DNA of 61,435 bases, the filler included, from Nemertoderma westbladi (Eukaryota; Animalia; Xenacoelomorpha): NCBI GenBank assembly GCA_032718475.1. It is 4 parts of 4 records of this genome, joined end to end, with 100 filler letters (N's around TTAATTAATTAA, not from the genome) between each part and the next. Parts side by side here need not be neighbours in the genome. Positions count along the whole stretch, not along the records: positions 55,647 to 61,435 come from JAUCBJ010003997.1; 3 more parts are not named here. The stretch is one strand, 5' to 3'. Below the pieces are notes generated by a model that saw nothing but the letters and a program-made list of their open reading frames with translations, was not told where the DNA came from and searched no databases. Position numbers and translations under genes: made by a program. Shown in pieces: positions 59,415-61,435 of this stretch. Numbering within the stretch: the first letter of the stretch is position 1; each line of letters starts with the position of its first letter.

Positions 59415-59527
59415 GAATGAAACCATACGCGTTTCAGCATCACTGGCGTTTCGGTTAGTTAGTGGCGGTATCAACCCCGATTTAAAATTGTCTAAAAAAT
59501 TTAAAGTTGTTTCTTTAGAAAGAAATT

Positions 59528-60110
59528 TCTCCTCTATTATCCTCACTGGTATTTCTCCAAGTAGTACCATTCCCTTCCTCTTTGCTCCCATGGTGCTTGT
59601 CGCCATCGTATGGCCTCCAGTCCCATCAGTTTCGGCGTATTTAATTGGTGGCTCCTGGCATTCATCCTTTCTGTGTCCTCCTACCGTGCATCGATGACAT
59701 AGTCCATTCTTACCAGTGTAGGCTATTCAATCTTGTTTAAGCAATGCCTGCCAATGTTTACAATTTATGGTCTTATGTGTACCGAACCTACGCAATTGGC
59801 ATTTGTATTCGGGATTGTAGTGTTCCTTATATAGCGCTTCATGTATTGCGCTTAGATTCATATCTAGCGGTTTTGTGTTTTGGTTACTTGGACTCGGCCT
59901 TGTATTTGTTCGTTTTGTTACTTTGTTTCTGTCCCTGCCAAGGTGTGGCTCTACTCCCAGCTCCCTGCGGACTTGTAGTCCCATGTGTGGCCGCATACAG
60001 TAGCGAATGCCTCACCTTCGGAAGTGCGTTGGCCGCACTATGTTCAGATTTAGGTCGGCTGTATTCCGTTTTTGGTACCTTGCCTAGACTGTCCTCACTA
60101 TAGACTGAAT
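59528..60110 (-). mobile_element. Older gag/protease fragment of the same BEL family, downstream of ACADM exon 2
   Basis: VYSEDSLG; CQL..HKTINC; MATSTMGAKRKGMVLLGEIPVRII, homologous to 37920-38510. Confidence 0.85.
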
Positions 60111-61435
60111 CCCCCTCTCGCCGATAGAATTCTGTCTACCACACACGGTGGGTCTTACGCCGCGCTAGACTGGCTTCTACTGTGGTCATATTTTGTGCGG
60201 GCTGTCAGACATCATAAGACACATAAATTAACAGGTTAAACTGTTAAAGGTATAAAAGCGCGAAAATAGGAGGTTTCCGTAACTGCTATTTTAATATTTA
60301 CAGTATTATTGTGATACTTTGCGATAATCAGTGATACTTTGCATCGCATTTGTGGCAAAATATCAATATTTCGCACATTTGTTGTTGGTTTCACACCTCA
60401 TATGATTGTTGAGAATCGAATTGGAAAAATAACAGAAATCGGTTGGGTTCAATGACTTGGAATGGAATGCAAGCTCTGACGTCGTTACAAATAGCGCTTC
60501 CCGATTGGATAATAGCGAATCTGTTTCATTGACAGCAATCGGTGGTCAATGCGCGACTATTCTCAGCACGTCGGAAAAATATATAATTTTTTGTGAAACA
60601 GGGGTTTTCCTTACTATTGGTCGCTTAGACTCTTCTCTAACCAGCCACCAGTGATCCAACAATAATTCTATATGTATCTTTTACTCCGACGCGACCCATG
60701 AAGGAATTTAAATAATAATACTTTTAAAAGTTGCTTGGCAACTGAAGTTCTTGTGAGACGCCGAGCAGTGTAAGATGGGATATGCATTGCATATATCCCT
60801 TATCTATTGGACCAGAGATGACTAGTGGACCAGGATTCGATCAATAATAACATATGTTGTAGATCTCTTATATTGATGTATTTAGTTTGTGTATCTGTCA
60901 TACCGACGGTGACATGTGTAATTATTATTGCAATTCATTACGTTGCCTTAATGTTTTGAGAATATGTCAGCTTTTCGAAAAATTTGAACTTTTTAATGCT
61001 AAAGTAGGCCTATTGACATGGGTGCAATTATAGAGTAATGCTGGCGGACGCAGAAGAACCGATGGGGGGGGGGGGGGGGGGGGGTTCGACGCAATAAAAC
61101 AAATCCCTCTCCAGCGGAAAATCAACGGAAATAACAGCTGATTACTTAAAAAAAACTGTCCTGTTCTAATGTGTTTAGTTTATTGTTTTGGTTATATTAA
61201 CGTGTCAGTGTAATCTGCACCTTACCCTTAGTTGATATTTTAACATTGAGACAAGATGGGATTTGAGTCCGTCTCCAGAAAAAAACATTTCAGACCAATC
61301 GGTACAACTAAATATAATACATAAACAGGAACAAATACAATTCTTTAAACAACCGATTAACTCAATACTGTCAAGAAAATTGTATAAATATAAAACAATG
61401 TTGGTTAACAATGCAATGTAGACCAAAAGGTTGCT

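Overview
This is repeat-rich eukaryotic (invertebrate-like) DNA built from at least four contigs joined by artificial N-TTAATTAATTAA-N linkers (25731-25830, 43811-43910, 55547-55646), so adjacency across the linkers is not real. Contig 1 holds a small secreted Cys-rich ORF and a G-rich 37-bp satellite. The satellite is interrupted by a young Mag-like Ty3/Gypsy element with apparently identical 126-bp TG..TA LTRs, a TTTGG target-site duplication (TSD), no protease and an exact 800-bp pol duplication. Contig 1 also holds a nested cluster: a CRE LINE split by a 7.66-kb long-TIR element (CATGG ends, 7-bp TSD), which itself carries a palindromic MITE, two piggyBac-like copies, a solo LTR and an Academ-like transposase remnant. 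Contig 2 is dominated by a decayed ~11.7-kb BEL/Pao element with two unusual traits. It has an extra ORF in the env position encoding a DEDDy-type 3'-5' exonuclease plus three CCHC knuckles. It also lacks a tRNA primer-binding site (PBS); in its place is a segment complementary to its own LTR, the geometry of Tf1-type self-priming. Contig 3 holds an RTE LINE interrupted by a Penelope element with inverted pseudo-LTRs carrying hammerhead ribozymes, other LINE fragments and the 5' part of another LTR element. Contig 4 holds the first two coding exons of a medium-chain acyl-CoA dehydrogenase, whose second exon seems to end at a non-canonical GA donor. Family assignments come from motif recognition by eye; no searches were run.
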